Shown here one piece after another: positions 1 through 11,709 of a DNA stretch of 24,608 nucleotides (within the stretch, counting starts at the first letter, position 1; every line of letters begins with the position of its first letter). The notes below the pieces were generated by a model. It was not told where the DNA came from, made no database searches, and was given only the letters and a program-made list of their open reading frames with translations. Made by a program: the position numbers and the translations under genes. Source of the stretch: Tubiluchus corallicola (taxonomy: Eukaryota; Animalia; Priapulida); assembly GCA_030141605.1 (NCBI GenBank), contig JAQGDQ010001813.1, positions 1 to 24,608 of the forward strand. Reading direction: 5' to 3'.

Positions 1-1148
1 TGATACCTCAGTGCCTACGATAGGTGGAATGAGATTTTTGAAGAAGAAGAAGAATGAGATAACATTCTGTAAAGTTTGAAAAAATAATCAGAGCATTCGT
101 AGCGCACACATCACTAACTGAGTAACTAAATTTAAACAGCTATATCTTGTCAATAAGATCAAAAATACGTTTTTGTTACTGAGTGGTGCACCCTGGATGG
201 TGAGTCAACGACATTTTACCAATTGACACAAACATTTTAAATTATTATTTCTAGTTAGATAAACCTTTCAAGCAGGTAAGCGAAATGCTAGGCAAAATGG
301 AAAGTTTTTTGGGACATAGTTTAACATTTCTTTTTCTTCCCCTTATTTACGTATGCGTAGTGACGTCATGTAATGGTGCGGTCGGAACGGCGTCGCAGGA
401 TTTTAAAATGAAAACAAACAAAAAATCTTTTCAACACGAGTACGATGTGCGCATCAAATTGCCATAAAGTAATATAATTTTTTAAGGCGATTTTTCCGAA
501 ACCTACTTCAGGTGCCCCTTTTCTTGTTCTTTAAGGAAAATTTATTAATCAAAGCTAACCTCGCACTTTTACGGACTATTTCCTAAATGAAAGTTCCAGA
601 AAGTTCTCTGCAAAAAAACTATCGACAGATGAGCACGCAAAGTGTAATTAACGTCATTAACTGCAGCTGTTACCATGCCGTTGCTAAGGTAAACAATCTC
701 TACATCGTTTACATCAAAGCCAGTTGTTTTAGCATGGCCTCCGAGACCTGGTCTTATCGGCGTCAATGCCATCACTGCAATTGTCTTTCTGCAGACGAAA
801 ATGTGTCCAATAATCGAACTTGCTTGTATTATAATTCATTAATTTCTGCTTCACGTTTTACCGAAGTTTTTTTTTCCTTTTCCTTTCGCTTTCCAGCACA
901 CGTCAAAGCAAAACTCGTTTTCGTACAAGCCACGTGACGCTATTTCATAAATGAAGAAGACCCTTTCAACAAACAGTTATGTGAAAGTAAGCGTCAGCAA
1001 AAACTAAACACGTGGACAGAGTTGAGTGTTTTGAATGTCAGTCTTTTGAATGTCAGTCCTTTGAAGGACAGTGTGGACTAGGCGTAAGTCATCATTTTTA
1101 GTCAACACAATTGTAATTATATTAATTGTATTTTTTTTATTTTTCTAG

Positions 1149-1250
1149 AATGTCTTATCTGTCCTAGTGGACCTGCTGGTCCCAGTGGTTCACCTGGTAC
1201 TGAGGGTCCCGCTGGTCCACGAGGTCTTCCTGGTCCGCCTGGTCCACCTG
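1149..1250 (+). CDS. Internal exon of a collagen-domain gene (CxxC followed by 9 Gly-X-Y triplets)
   Basis: The exon has a pyrimidine-rich acceptor ttttctAG ending at 1148 and a GTGAGT donor at 1251. It is 102 nt, phase 1-1. It translates as [35 protein letters not shown]. This frame is not in the ORF track. Confidence 0.9.
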
Positions 1251-1267
1251 GTGAGTATAGTAAAGTA

Positions 1268-1372
1268 CAGTAAGCGCTCCCTTAACGCCATGCTAATGCG
1301 TTCCAGCAAACAGCAAAATGCGTCGTTAAACGAAACGTCGCAAAGCGTTGCGGCGTTAAGTGAAGAATACTG
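1268..1372. mobile_element. Short degenerate pogo/Tigger-type MITE (105 bp) in the collagen intron
   Basis: It is flanked by TA on both sides, with termini CAGTAAGCGCTCCCTTAACGCC ... GGCGTTAAGTGAAGAATACTG. The first ~70 bp align by eye to the reverse complement of 17840-17915 (cagtaagtcctcgcttaatgacgctaatgctttccagcaaaatgcgacgttaagcgaaacg). Confidence 0.7.
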
Positions 1373-1981
1373 TATGTTGTTTGCAAACGTAAACCTAATT
1401 AAATAACGTCACAGCTAAAAGATTAGATTAATCTCCTCGTGATTAGATTAATATCAGTGTTCAGATTATACACATCTGTGTTAAAAAAGTAACCAGACTG
1501 TGTTGAGGCACATGTTTTTATTACTGTCACCGATTTCGATTTTTGTGTTTTGTAAGTTAACATAAATACCTTTAACCAGGTAAGATTTCCCAAAAAAAAA
1601 AAATTCTACTAATTTCTTGTTGTCAATTTTTTATTCAAGTTTTAAAACAAATCAAAATAAAGGCCTATGCAGTTCTATGTGGGCCTACACGTATTCTGGC
1701 TAGATTTCTGGGTCAAATTGAATTTTACCGATTTTCTTTATCAGTTATCGTTTGGTGATTTTAAAACTGTTAACTGCTACTTTAAACTTCAAAACGACAT
1801 TCATTTTCTCACATATTTTTTCTGATTCAAATATTGTCTATAATCATTATGACAAACATCAGTTCTGGGTTAATTAGCGATTTGTCTTATTGCGTAATAA
1901 TTCTAACAATAGCAAATGTATTTTTCTGGTCATGGTTTTTGACGATTTTAGTAACATCGTATTAGCTTAGCTAAAAATTAT

Positions 1982-2386
<405 letters not shown>

Positions 2387-2673
2387 ACTTGACAATAACT
2401 GTTTAATGAAACTATGCGAGAACAGAAATAGGGCGTGGCACTATAATGTAGCATTAAGTCACGAAATCATTAGCAATTAAATGTAAAATTCGAGTTTTTA
2501 CTCGACTAAACAGTGTGAAAGAGCCATAACCACAGGAGTTTAGTGACACAAATAACTTAGAGTGATAACGGATTTGGCAACGCAAATCTTTGCACCAAGC
2601 GAGGAAATCTAACACATCACAAGAAATACATTACAAAAAAGAATTTGGCTATCTGATGATTTTTTTTGTTTAG

Positions 2674-2822
2674 GAGTATGTGATTGTTCGAGGTATAGCA
2701 GCCCTGGTTACCATGGTTACAGCCAACAACAACCCAGACGACGAGAACGTTTAACAAACAAACGATTAGGAAAAAGCCACAAACGCAGGCAGCGCCCTTA
2801 TCCCAACCGACGTTACCAGTGA
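2674..2822 (+). CDS. Terminal coding exon of the collagen-domain gene (CxC plus basic tail)
   Basis: The acceptor tttttttgtttAG ends at 2673. Phase 1 joins exon 1149-1250 to give ...GPPGPPG-VCDCSRYSSPGYHGYSQQQPRRRERLTNKRLGKSHKRRQRPYPNRRYQ* (TGA at 2820-2822). GC is higher than in the flanks. Confidence 0.72.
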
Positions 2823-2907
2823 CGAGTTAAATATTCAATTCCACTGTAACAATTTTCACAAGTAGTGAAATGTTTGTATGACATATTCATGTTTTATGAT
2901 GTATTGA

Positions 2908-3028
2908 AATAATAATAATAATGATGATGATGATGATGATGATGATCATGATGATGATGATGATGATGATGATGGCGATGACGACGACGATGATGATGAT
3001 GCTGCTGCTGCTGATGATGATGATGATG

Positions 3029-3105
<77 letters not shown>
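2908..3105. repeat. Compound trinucleotide microsatellite (AAT)n-(GAT)n-(GAC)n-(GCT)n-(GAT)n-(AAT)n
   Basis: Directly visible, ~85 nt after the predicted collagen stop codon. Confidence 0.97.
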
Positions 3106-3106
<1 letters not shown>

Positions 3107-3402
3107 GACTGAATTCGCCTCAGGGGGTCGAACTCCAAGATGGCATGGCGGTCTTGATATTGCGCATCATTAAGATCCATTTTTGTATCGTTGTGTAACT
3201 GATTACTTAACTGCAAATGTTAATTTTAATTACAAATGTTATGATAATTAACTAAGTTAATGTCTGTAAACTATATACTTGTTATAGCATGTCATTTAAC
3301 TCTCATGAAATAAAATACGCAAAAATTACACTGTACGGAGTTTATTATCAGCACTAATAAAAATAGGGCACAAAATACACGTGCACAAAAACTAACTAAC
3401 TA

Positions 3403-3586
3403 ACCTGTGTCAGAAATCCAGGCTGTAGTGACCTCTACACGCTTTTATACTGGCATTCCAGGTTAGCTGGCTTCTCACACCACGTGTAGGCCCAAACAAG
3501 ACGTCTGGACCTACAAGAAAGGGGTGAGTCGCTGCTGACGTGGAAGCAGGGCGTGTAGAGGGCCCTACACCTGACCCGACACAGGT
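3403..3586. other. ~184 nt GC-rich imperfect foldback (rod-like hairpin)
   Basis: Nested complementary blocks: 3403-3411/3578-3586 (9/9), 3432-3442/3551-3561 (11/11), 3456-3467/3534-3545, 3474-3478/3524-3528 and 3485-3497/3503-3515. The loop is AAGAC at 3498-3502. Confidence 0.8.
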
Positions 3587-3594
3587 GCCTCCGT

Positions 3595-3690
3595 AACAAT
3601 AATAATAATAATAACAATAATAATATTTATTTTGTATAGCGTCTTAATCTATAGACAGCTCAGCTGACAATATTCAAAAACGCTTCACAA
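3595..3690 (-). mobile_element. L2-clade LINE/SINE 3' tail remnant
   Basis: The minus strand reads ttgtgaagcgtttttgaa...gattaagacgctatacaaaataaata(tta)n. This resembles the recalled L2 3' end pattern TGTAAAGCG...GCGCTATATAAAT followed by a short-repeat tail. Confidence 0.5.
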
Positions 3691-4009
3691 ACATTTCTAA
3701 AAACATCATGACGTACTTAAAAATGCATTACAAGACTTACACGCATTTAGTATGTATACTTAGGAAAAAAATAACTAACAGTTATACATGAATACAGGCC
3801 AACCAGCATAAATTTGTCAAAAATATAACAAAGAGACAACAACATTACAAACTAAAACTGTATTTACAAAAAAGGTCCTTGTTGTGGAATTTCAGAATGT
3901 TGTAATTTGTGCAACACTTTTATGGACCACAAAAAATCACAAAACTCTAAAACAGGTCATTCAGATTTAAACAAGACTAAGAACGAGTGCTTTTTGTTTT
4001 TGTGATTTG

Positions 4010-5374
4010 CAGGTATTTTGGATATTAGTGATCTTGAAGATTTTTTGACATTTTTTTGGATTTTGCATATTTTTTGGTAGTTATCTTGATTTTACATTTT
4101 TTCTACTTTTGTGGATTTTACAGATTTTTTTTTAAATTTTACAGGTTTTTCGATACTTTTCTGGATTTTACGGATTTTTTGGTAATTATATAGATTTCAC
4201 GGATTCTTTTGGTAGTTTTTTAAGCTTTTACGGATTTTTTTGTAGTTTTCTAGATTTTACGGATTTTTTTGGTAGTTTTTTAAGATTTTACGAATTTTTT
4301 TTGATAGCTTTGTGAATTTTATGGATTTTTTTAAAGTTTTCTAGATTTTACGAATTTTTTTGGTAGTTTTCTCGATTTGGATTTTTGATAGTTTTTTTAA
4401 GCTTTTACGGATTTTTTTTTGGTAGTTTTCTCAATTTTACGGATTTTCCTGGTAATTTTCTAGATATTACGGATTTTTTGGTAGTTTTCTCAATTTTACG
4501 GATTTTTCTGGTAATTTTCTAGATTCTACGGATTTTTTTGGTAGTTTTCTAGATTTTACGGATTTTTTGGTAGTTTTGTAGATTTTACGGATTTTTTTGG
4601 TAGTTTTCTAGATTTTACGGATTTTTTGGTAGTTTTTTAAGATTTCACAGATTTTTTTTGGTAGTTTTCTAGATTTTACGGATTTTTTTGTTAGTTTTTT
4701 AAGATTTTACGGACTTTTTTTGTAATTTTTTCGATTTTACGGATTTTTTGTAGTTTTTTTTAAGATTTTACAGATTTTTTTAGTAGTTTTCTAGATTTTA
4801 CAGATTTTTTTGGTAGTTTTTTAAGATTTTCCAGATTTTTCTGGTATTTTTTTAGATTTTACGTTTTTTTCTACTTTTCTGAATTTTACAGATTTTTTTT
4901 AAATTTTACAGGTTTTTTGATACTTTTCTGGATTTTATGGATTTTTTGGTAATTTCCTAGATTTTACGGGATTGTTTTGGTAGTTTTTTAAGATTTTACG
5001 GATTTTTTTGGTAGTTTTCTGAATTTTATTGATTTTTTTAGAGTTTTTCTAGATTTTACGGATGTTTTTGGTACTTTTCTCGATTTGGATTTTTGGTAAT
5101 TTTTTTAAGCTTTTACGGATTTTTTTGGTAGTTTTCTAGATTTTACGGATTTTTTGGTAGTTTTCTAGATTTTACGGATTTTTTGGTAGTTTTCTAAGAT
5201 TTTACGGATTTTTTAACAGTTTTCTGAATTTTACGGATTTTTTTGGTAGTTTTCTAGATTTTACGGATTTTTTGGTTGTTTTTTAAGATTTTACGGATTT
5301 TTTTAACAGTTTTCTGAATTTTACGGATTTTTTTGGTAGTTTTCTATTTTACGGATTTTTTGGTATTTTTGTTT

Positions 5375-5425
<51 letters not shown>

Positions 5426-6082
5426 CGATTTTTTGGAGTTTTCTAGATTTTACGGATTTTTTTAACAGTTTTCTGAATTTTACTGATTTTTTTGGTAGTT
5501 TTTAAAGATTTTACGGATTTTTTGGTAGTTTTCTAGATTTAACGGATTTTTTGGTAGTTTTTTTAAGCTTTTACGGATTTTTTTGGTAGTTTTCTCAATT
5601 TTACGGATTTTTTTGGTAATTTTCTAGATTTTACGGATTTTTTTGGTAGTTTTTTAAGCTTTTACAGATTTTTTTGGTAGTTTTCTCAATTTTCGGATTT
5701 TTTTGGTAATTTTCTAGATTTTACGGATTTTTTTGGTAGTTTTCTAGATTTTACGGATTTTTTTGGTAGTTTTTTTTAAGCTTTTACGGATTTTTTTGGT
5801 AGTTTTCTCAATTTTACGGATTTTTTTTGGTAATTTTCTAGATTTTACGGATTTTTTTGGTAGTTTTCTCAATTTTACGGATTTTTTTGGTAATTTTCTC
5901 GATTTCACAGATATTTTTGGTAGTTTTCTAGATTTTACGGATTTTTTTTGTAGTTTTTTAAAATTTTACAGACTTTTTTTGGTAGTTTTCTAGATTTTAC
6001 AGATTTTTTTGGTAGTTTTTTTAAGATTTTACAGATTTTTCTGGTATTTTTTAGATTTTACGTTTTTTTCTACTTTTCTGGA
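4010..6082. repeat. T-rich satellite, ~29-31 bp unit (GATTTTACGGATTTTTTTGGTAGTTTTCTA), with higher-order duplication and internal poly-T
   Basis: Dozens of degenerate tandem units. A variant block starting near 4090 recurs near 4857 and partially near 6056. A long T run spans ~5376-5425. Confidence 0.95.
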
Positions 6083-6240
6083 TTAGGGTTAGGGTCGGGG
6101 TTGCGGTCGGGGTCAGGGTCAGGGTCAGTGTCTGGGTTAGGGTCTGTGTCAGGTTTGGATTAGGTTTGAGTTTGGGGTTGGGTCGGGGTTGGGGTTGGGT
6201 TTGGGGTTGAGTTGGGGTTGGGGTTGGGGTTGGTGGGGGT
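6083..6240 (+). repeat. Degenerate telomere-like G-rich hexamer tract (TTAGGG/TCAGGG/TCGGGG/TTGGGG)
   Basis: It begins TTAGGGTTAGGG and continues with variant hexamers containing many G3/G4 runs. Confidence 0.85.
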
Positions 6241-6516
6241 TTGAGTTGTTAATTGCATGTTAAATTGCTGACCAACAAATTATACACGGTTAGATAGAGA
6301 AGATTTCTGGCTTTCAAACCGTGTATGACACGAATAAATTCCGTTCGATGCTGCACTAATAATGGCGGTTTAGTTTTTGGTGCAAGTATCGTGGTAAATC
6401 TTATTTTGTGCTTTCCATCTAGGGTTTGAGTTGTTAATTGCAGGTTAAATTGCTGACTAACATTCTATGTATCGTTAGATAGAGAATTTTTCTGGCTTTC
6501 AAACCGTATATTACAC
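6237..6516. repeat. Diverged ~95 bp direct repeat, copies 185 bp apart
   Basis: 6237-6331 and 6422-6516 both read gggtttgagttgttaattgcaNgttaaattgctgac...gttagatagagaa..tttctggctttcaaaccgt. Confidence 0.85.
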
Positions 6517-7389
6517 AAATCTTGTGCATCCAAAAGGAAAAATCTGTTCCTCAGCACATACACAAATCTTGTGCATCCAATACCAAAAATCTGTTCCTGA
6601 GTACATACACAAATCTTGTGCATCCAATGCCAAAAATTTGTTAATCAGTACATACACAAATCTTGGGCAACCAAAATGAAAAAAACTGTTCCTGAGTACA
6701 TACACAAATCTTGTGCATCCAATGTCAAAAATTTGTTAATCAGTACATACACAAATCTTGGGCATCCAAAATGAAAAATCTGTTCCTCAGTACGTACACA
6801 AATCTTGTGCATCCAATACCAAAAATCTGTTCCTCAGTACATACACAAATCTTGTGCATCCAAAACCAAAAATCTGTTCCTCAGTACATACACAAATCTT
6901 GTGCATCCAAAACCAAAAAATCTGTTCTTCAGTACATACACAAATCTTGTGCCTCCAATGCCAAAAATCTGTTCCTCAGTACATACACAAATCTTGTGCA
7001 TCCAAAAGGAAAAATTTGTTCCTCAGTACATACACAAATCTTGTGCTTCCAATGCCAAAAATCTGTTCTTCAGTACATACACAAATCTTGTGCATCCAAT
7101 ACCAAAAATCTGTTCTTCACAAATCTTGTGCATACAAAACGAGAAATCTGTTCCTCAGTACATACACAAATCTTGTACATCCAAATCCAAAAATCTGTTC
7201 CTCAGTACATACACAAATCTTGAGCATCCAATGCCAAAAATCTGTTCCTCAGTACATACACAAATCTTGTGCATTAAAAACGAAAAATCTGTTCCTCAGT
7301 ACATACACAAATCTTGTGCATCCAAAATCAAAAATCTGTTCCTCAGTACATACACAAATCTTGTGCATTCAATGCCAAAAATCTGTTCC
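6513..7389. repeat. 47 bp minisatellite, ~18-19 copies
   Basis: The unit is CAGTACATACACAAATCTTGTGCATCCAATGCCAAAAATCTGTTCCT; it explains the overlapping repetitive ORFs at 6711-7459. Confidence 0.97.
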
Positions 7390-7443
7390 ATTAACATACC
7401 GTTACTTAAAGTGCTTCTGTGATGAGGCTAACCAGCTAATATA

Positions 7444-7515
7444 TAGCTCTCATGCATAGCACTGGAATTAGCATGATAAACAGAAGGTGTTTGGTTCGAA
7501 TCATGGTGACGAGAC
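7444..7515 (+). mobile_element. Possible decayed tRNA-derived SINE head
   Basis: An A-box-like TAGCTC is followed ~45 nt later by a B-box GGTTCGAATC. No convincing cloverleaf. Confidence 0.25.
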
Positions 7516-7879
7516 AAAAATTTCACAGAATTTCTAATTTACTTTGGCTATTGTGCATTTAGGGGAACAGTTACTTAACATTAATCAAGTGCAATGACCT
7601 TTTGTTAACAATAATTGGCTCGTTGTCACGTTGAAAAAATTTCAATAACGTATGCACTCACGTCTAAAAATAAAAAAAGTTCGTAAGTTTGCTGGTAATT
7701 ATAATGTCGTATTAATTATGTGCGTGCCTGCAGCAAGTATACTTTGTAATTTCTTAATGAACTTTTGCTTAAATAATAAGATCTGGCAGTGCTCAATTGT
7801 TTAGCAGCCTCATCCTTAAAACAACCCATTTTAATGGCACTCTTTAAAAGTCCTAATAGTGGAAGCCTTATAATGGTTA

Positions 7880-8660
7880 GGCTGCGTTAATCTAAGGAGA
7901 AATGAGAGAACGTATTTGAAGCCAGTTGCTATTGACAGCCGGCTGCAAATTGAACCAGATCCAGCTTTTACATGATAAATTTTACACAATTTTGCGGTTT
8001 TAATTTCAAATTTGTAATTATGAATAATAAGACTTTGTTCTGTTTTAGTCACTTGGGTAGCAAAATTTTATGTAACCGTTTAAAAAAGCACTTTCCATAC
8101 TAGAATGAGAATTGGTTTTTGCCAACTTAATTATGATTTGTGCTTCAGAAAATGTAAAAATCACGATGGGTCGCTAGTGTCACCCAATTGTCAATGTGGT
8201 TCTACTTACGAAACAGTCTGTCATTACTTATTTAGCTGCCCTCTTTACCACCAGGCCAGACACGACTTATGTACAAATCTCTGCACTCTTTTCTCAGCTT
8301 TTGACATCAATGTTTACAGTCTTGCAACGAATGAACTTGTACGTTTATTCCTGCACGGAAACCATACACTAGATCATTCTGTGAACACTCAAAATTTTGT
8401 TTTAGTGCAGTCTTTTATTTTTTAAACACTAAGCGCTTTAAATAGTTTTAACTTTGTTATTCTTGTTACATATTAATGCTTATATTTATTGCAACATTTT
8501 TTTTGTACATTGTGGTCACCATTGTTCTGCATAGTTCTGTCTGCATAGTTCTGTCTAGTGTTTCGCTCCCACTAGGGGAGGACATATATCAGTTGTAAAA
8601 CTGTCTGTTTCAAACCTAGTCTGATGTTACACCTTAAGTAAATTATATTTAAACCAAAAA
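7880..8660 (+). mobile_element. 5'-truncated CR1-like non-LTR retrotransposon (ORF2 C-terminus plus 3' UTR)
   Basis: It encodes FHTRMRIGFCQLNYDL...SPNCQCGSTYETVCHYLFSCPLYHQAR...LFLHGN...NTQNFVLVQSFI, then after a 1-nt slip in a T run LNTKRFK* (TAG 8443-8445). This matches the recalled Cys/His-containing C-terminus of invertebrate CR1-type ORF2. The tail GGAGGACATATATCAGTTGTAAAACTG...TATTTAAACC follows. The 5' limit is approximate. Confidence 0.8.
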
Positions 8661-8719
8661 AGGAATTGCAAGTAGAAAGATGAGAACAACATTTGAAATT
8701 GAATTGTGCTTCACTCACT

Positions 8720-9920
8720 ACTGTTGCTGTTGCTGTTGCTGTTGCTGTTTTCATTTACTTCTGTTTTTGTTCCTGTTGGTGGTTTTGCTACCAATACTAT
8801 TTTTGTTGTTTCTACCACCACTACCGCCACCGCCACCGTCACTGTTGCTGTTGCTGTTTTCATTTACTTCTGTTTTTGTTCCTGTTGGTGGTTTTGCTAC
8901 CAATACTATTTTTGTTGTTTCCACCACCACTACCGCCACCGTCACTGTTGCTGTTGCTGTTTTCATTTACTTCTGTTTTTGTTCCTGTTGGTGGTTTTGC
9001 TACCAATACTATTTTTGTTGTTTCTACCACCACTACCGCCACCGTCACTGTTGCTGTTGCTGTTTTCATTTACTTCTGTTTTTGTTCCTGTTGGTGGTTT
9101 TGCTACCAATACTATTTTTGTTGTTTCTACCACCACTACCGCCACCGTCACTGTTGCTGTTGCTGTTGCTGTGTTCATTTACTTCTGTTTTTGTTCCTGT
9201 TGGTGGTTTTGCTACCAATACTATTTTTGTTGTTTCTACCACCACTACCGCCACCGTCACTGTTGCTGTTGCTGTTTTCATTTACTTCTGTTTTTGTTCC
9301 TGTTGGTGGTTTTGCTACCAAAACTATTTTTGTTGTTTCTACCACCACTACCGCCACCGCCACCGTCACTGTTGCTGTTGCTGTTGCTGCTTTCATTTAC
9401 TTCTGTTTTTGTTCCTGTTGGTGGTTTTGCTACCAATACTATTTTTGTTGTTTCTACCACCACTACCGCTACCGTCACTGTTGCTGTTGCTGTTGCTGTT
9501 GCTGCTTTCATTTATTTCTGTTGTTGTTTCTGCTGGTGGTTTTGTTACCAATACTATTTTTGTTGTTTCTACCACCACTACCGCCACCGTCACTGTTGCT
9601 GTTGCTGTTGCTGCTTTCATTTACTTCTGTTTTTGTTCCTGTTGGTGGTTTTGCTACCAATACTATTTTTGTTGTTTCTACCACCACTACCGTCACTGTC
9701 ACTGTTGCTGTTGCTGTTGCTGTTTTCATTTACTTCTGTTTTTGTTCCTGTTGGTGGTTTTGCTACCAATACTATTTTTGTTGTTTCTACCACCACTACC
9801 GCCACCGTCACTGTTGCTGTTGCTGCTTTCATTTACTTCTGTTGGTTGTTCCTGCTGGTGGTTTTGCTACCAATAAAATTTTTGTTATTGTCGCCGCTAC
9901 CACTGCTGCTGTTGCTGTTG
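8720..9920. repeat. Minisatellite with unit length 103+6n bp (~11 copies) containing nested (GTTGCT)n and (CCACCG)n
   Basis: The recurring TTCATTTA marker is spaced 109,103,103,109,103,115,115,109,109,103 bp apart. Confidence 0.96.
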
Positions 9921-10124
9921 TTCTCACCTTTGTTTTGCCGGTGCTGTTATTGATCTTGCTGATTCTTCGTTGACACTATAAAGTACAGCTAGTTGTACTC
10001 GTTCCCTAACTTTATGTGAATCACTCACTGCCGGCATCAATAAATGCTTTATGGACATGAAAAAAGTAGTGTGGTTGATTTAGACTGCATTTCTTACAAA
10101 TCTGCTACTGATTTAAACGGTTTT

Positions 10125-10345
10125 TTCGTTCGTTCGTTCATCCGTTTATCCGTTCATTCATTGATTTATTCTTTCATTCATTCGTTTCTTCTTTCCTTCA
10201 TTTTCGGTCTGATTTTCTCACTCACTCACTCGTTTACTCGTTCCTTCATACATTCGTTCATTCCACCTTCGTTTGTTTGTATGCTTCTTTTCTTTCTTTC
10301 GTTTTCTATTTTTTATTCTCTCTCTCTCTCTCTCTCTCTTTCTCT
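10125..10345. repeat. Degenerate (TTCA/TTCG/CTCA)n low-complexity tract ending in (CT)n
   Basis: Directly visible pyrimidine-rich tetranucleotide repeats. Confidence 0.8.
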
Positions 10346-10463
10346 TACTCTCTGCTTTTTAGCTCAGATCAGACGTACACTAACACCGGATGCGATGATA
10401 ATTATAATAGCGTTTCTTCTAAATTTAGACCAAACATTGTCCCAGTGTTCCAGGCCATCCATG

Positions 10464-10825
10464 TTTCTTCTTCTTCTGTCTCTAACTTGGTGTAATGTCA
10501 TAGATATCGAGCCTCCCTTTTTAGAATAGTTTAGTGTTCCCTGTCTGCAACTAAAGTTCTCGACTCCTGCGAAGTTATTGTTAACTTTAGTCTTAGAAGC
10601 TGTAAGTTTATTAATTATGCATGTTGTTTTTGGTTTGTCAAGAGGTTTAGCAGGTTTTAGGGCCCATCTTTCTGGTGTTGTTTCTAGCAATCTAATTAAA
10701 TGAACCCATCTAAGTTTTTCTTTGTTCAATTTTTTTAGTACTCCAAAGTTCAACTTTGATTCTGTTATTATACAGCTACGCATTCAAATGACATACGGCG
10801 ATTTGATTTTTAAGATTTTTCTGTA
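10464..10825 (-). mobile_element. Decayed 3' end of an RTE-clade LINE
   Basis: Across frameshifts and stops the minus strand gives RKILKIKSPYVI/NA*LYNNRIKVELWSTK/KLRWVHLIRLLETTPERWALKPAKPLDKPKTTC/LVADREH*. This matches the recalled RTE ORF C-terminus (RKIL.I.W...ISN..LY.RT...WS..I..RRLRW.GH..R...TP...AL...RP.TTW...A.DR..W). It ends in an (AGA)n tail. Confidence 0.75.
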
Positions 10826-11709
10826 TAAACCAAAGAGCTGCAAAATTTAAATTACTTTGTCGGCAACAGATGGCACTCGGGTCTAATTTCCTAATTTCAA
10901 TGGCGTGTGTTCGTTAAATATCTGTGTTCGGCGTCACGAGTGAATTAATTGCATGCAAGATATGTTTATAAAATTCCCTGTAAACTCGCTTTTTTCCAGA
11001 TCTTTATCTGATCAATTGATAAGGCTGTTAGTATATATCTGCCTTCTTCCCCTTATTCCCTACTTCATGTAAAACTGCAACATGTGATACCCTAATTAGC
11101 ACCTTCATATTCTTTTTTCTACTTAGCTTACTGAAACTTATTACCTCCAATGTGAAAAAACAATTATTTCTCATTTCTTTTATGATGTGCATGTGCGTGT
11201 GTGTGTATGGGTAGGGTGGCTAACGCGCGCCGCCATATTGTAAGAGATGCAGATCGAACATTATTTTGGGCGCTATTACACTTTCGCACCTCCTAGTTTT
11301 TTCTAGGTTATTACTCGTTTCTAGGCTCGTAGGTCGTTATTCTATTATTCTCACGTCATCAGTGAATGTTTCCACTAATCTTGTGGTAATTTACTCATAT
11401 ATTTAGTGTATAATTACCAATAATTACGTTGTATTCACAGTTCTACACTATACAGTTCGTATCGCCATCACGTTTGTGTGTGTAGTCACGTGACGAATTT
11501 CGTACTAGTTTATGCATTATCAGGGCCTAGCTTAAAAGGCACGTGACACACTTTTATCTTAACCGCATTTACGAAATAAAGAAAAAACTTTACTTTTATA
11601 ATTTAATAAGACTACAGTAATAAATAAAATTAATGATAAATAACTGTAGTCGGGTCATTCTCCACAGAACGTACAATTTTTGTCCCAGGATAATTTTTTT
11701 TAAATAACA

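Noticed and set aside
255-280. Micro-exon ending at CAG|GTAAG (275/276) as an upstream collagen exon
   Set aside because: The phase-1 frame needed to join exon 1149 contains TAA.
1021-1090. FECQS-FECQS-FEGQCGLG frame with a GTAAGT donor at 1084 as an upstream collagen exon
   Set aside because: That frame ends in phase 0, which is incompatible with the phase-1 exon at 1149. The repeat is a 15 bp tandem duplication, and there is no good acceptor.
6513-7389. 47 bp array (also the 43 and 83 bp arrays) as a CRISPR array or repeat protein
   Set aside because: The units are head-to-tail without unique spacers, there are no cas genes, the context is eukaryotic, and the periods are not multiples of 3.
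7410-7520. Hammerhead ribozyme (CTGTGATGAG) or intact tRNA
   Set aside because: The core is not CTGANGA with proper helices, and no acceptor or anticodon stems form.
8680-9973. Three ~400 aa Cys/Leu/Thr-rich ORFs as genes
   Set aside because: All three are frame-rotated readings of one minisatellite on an A-poor strand.
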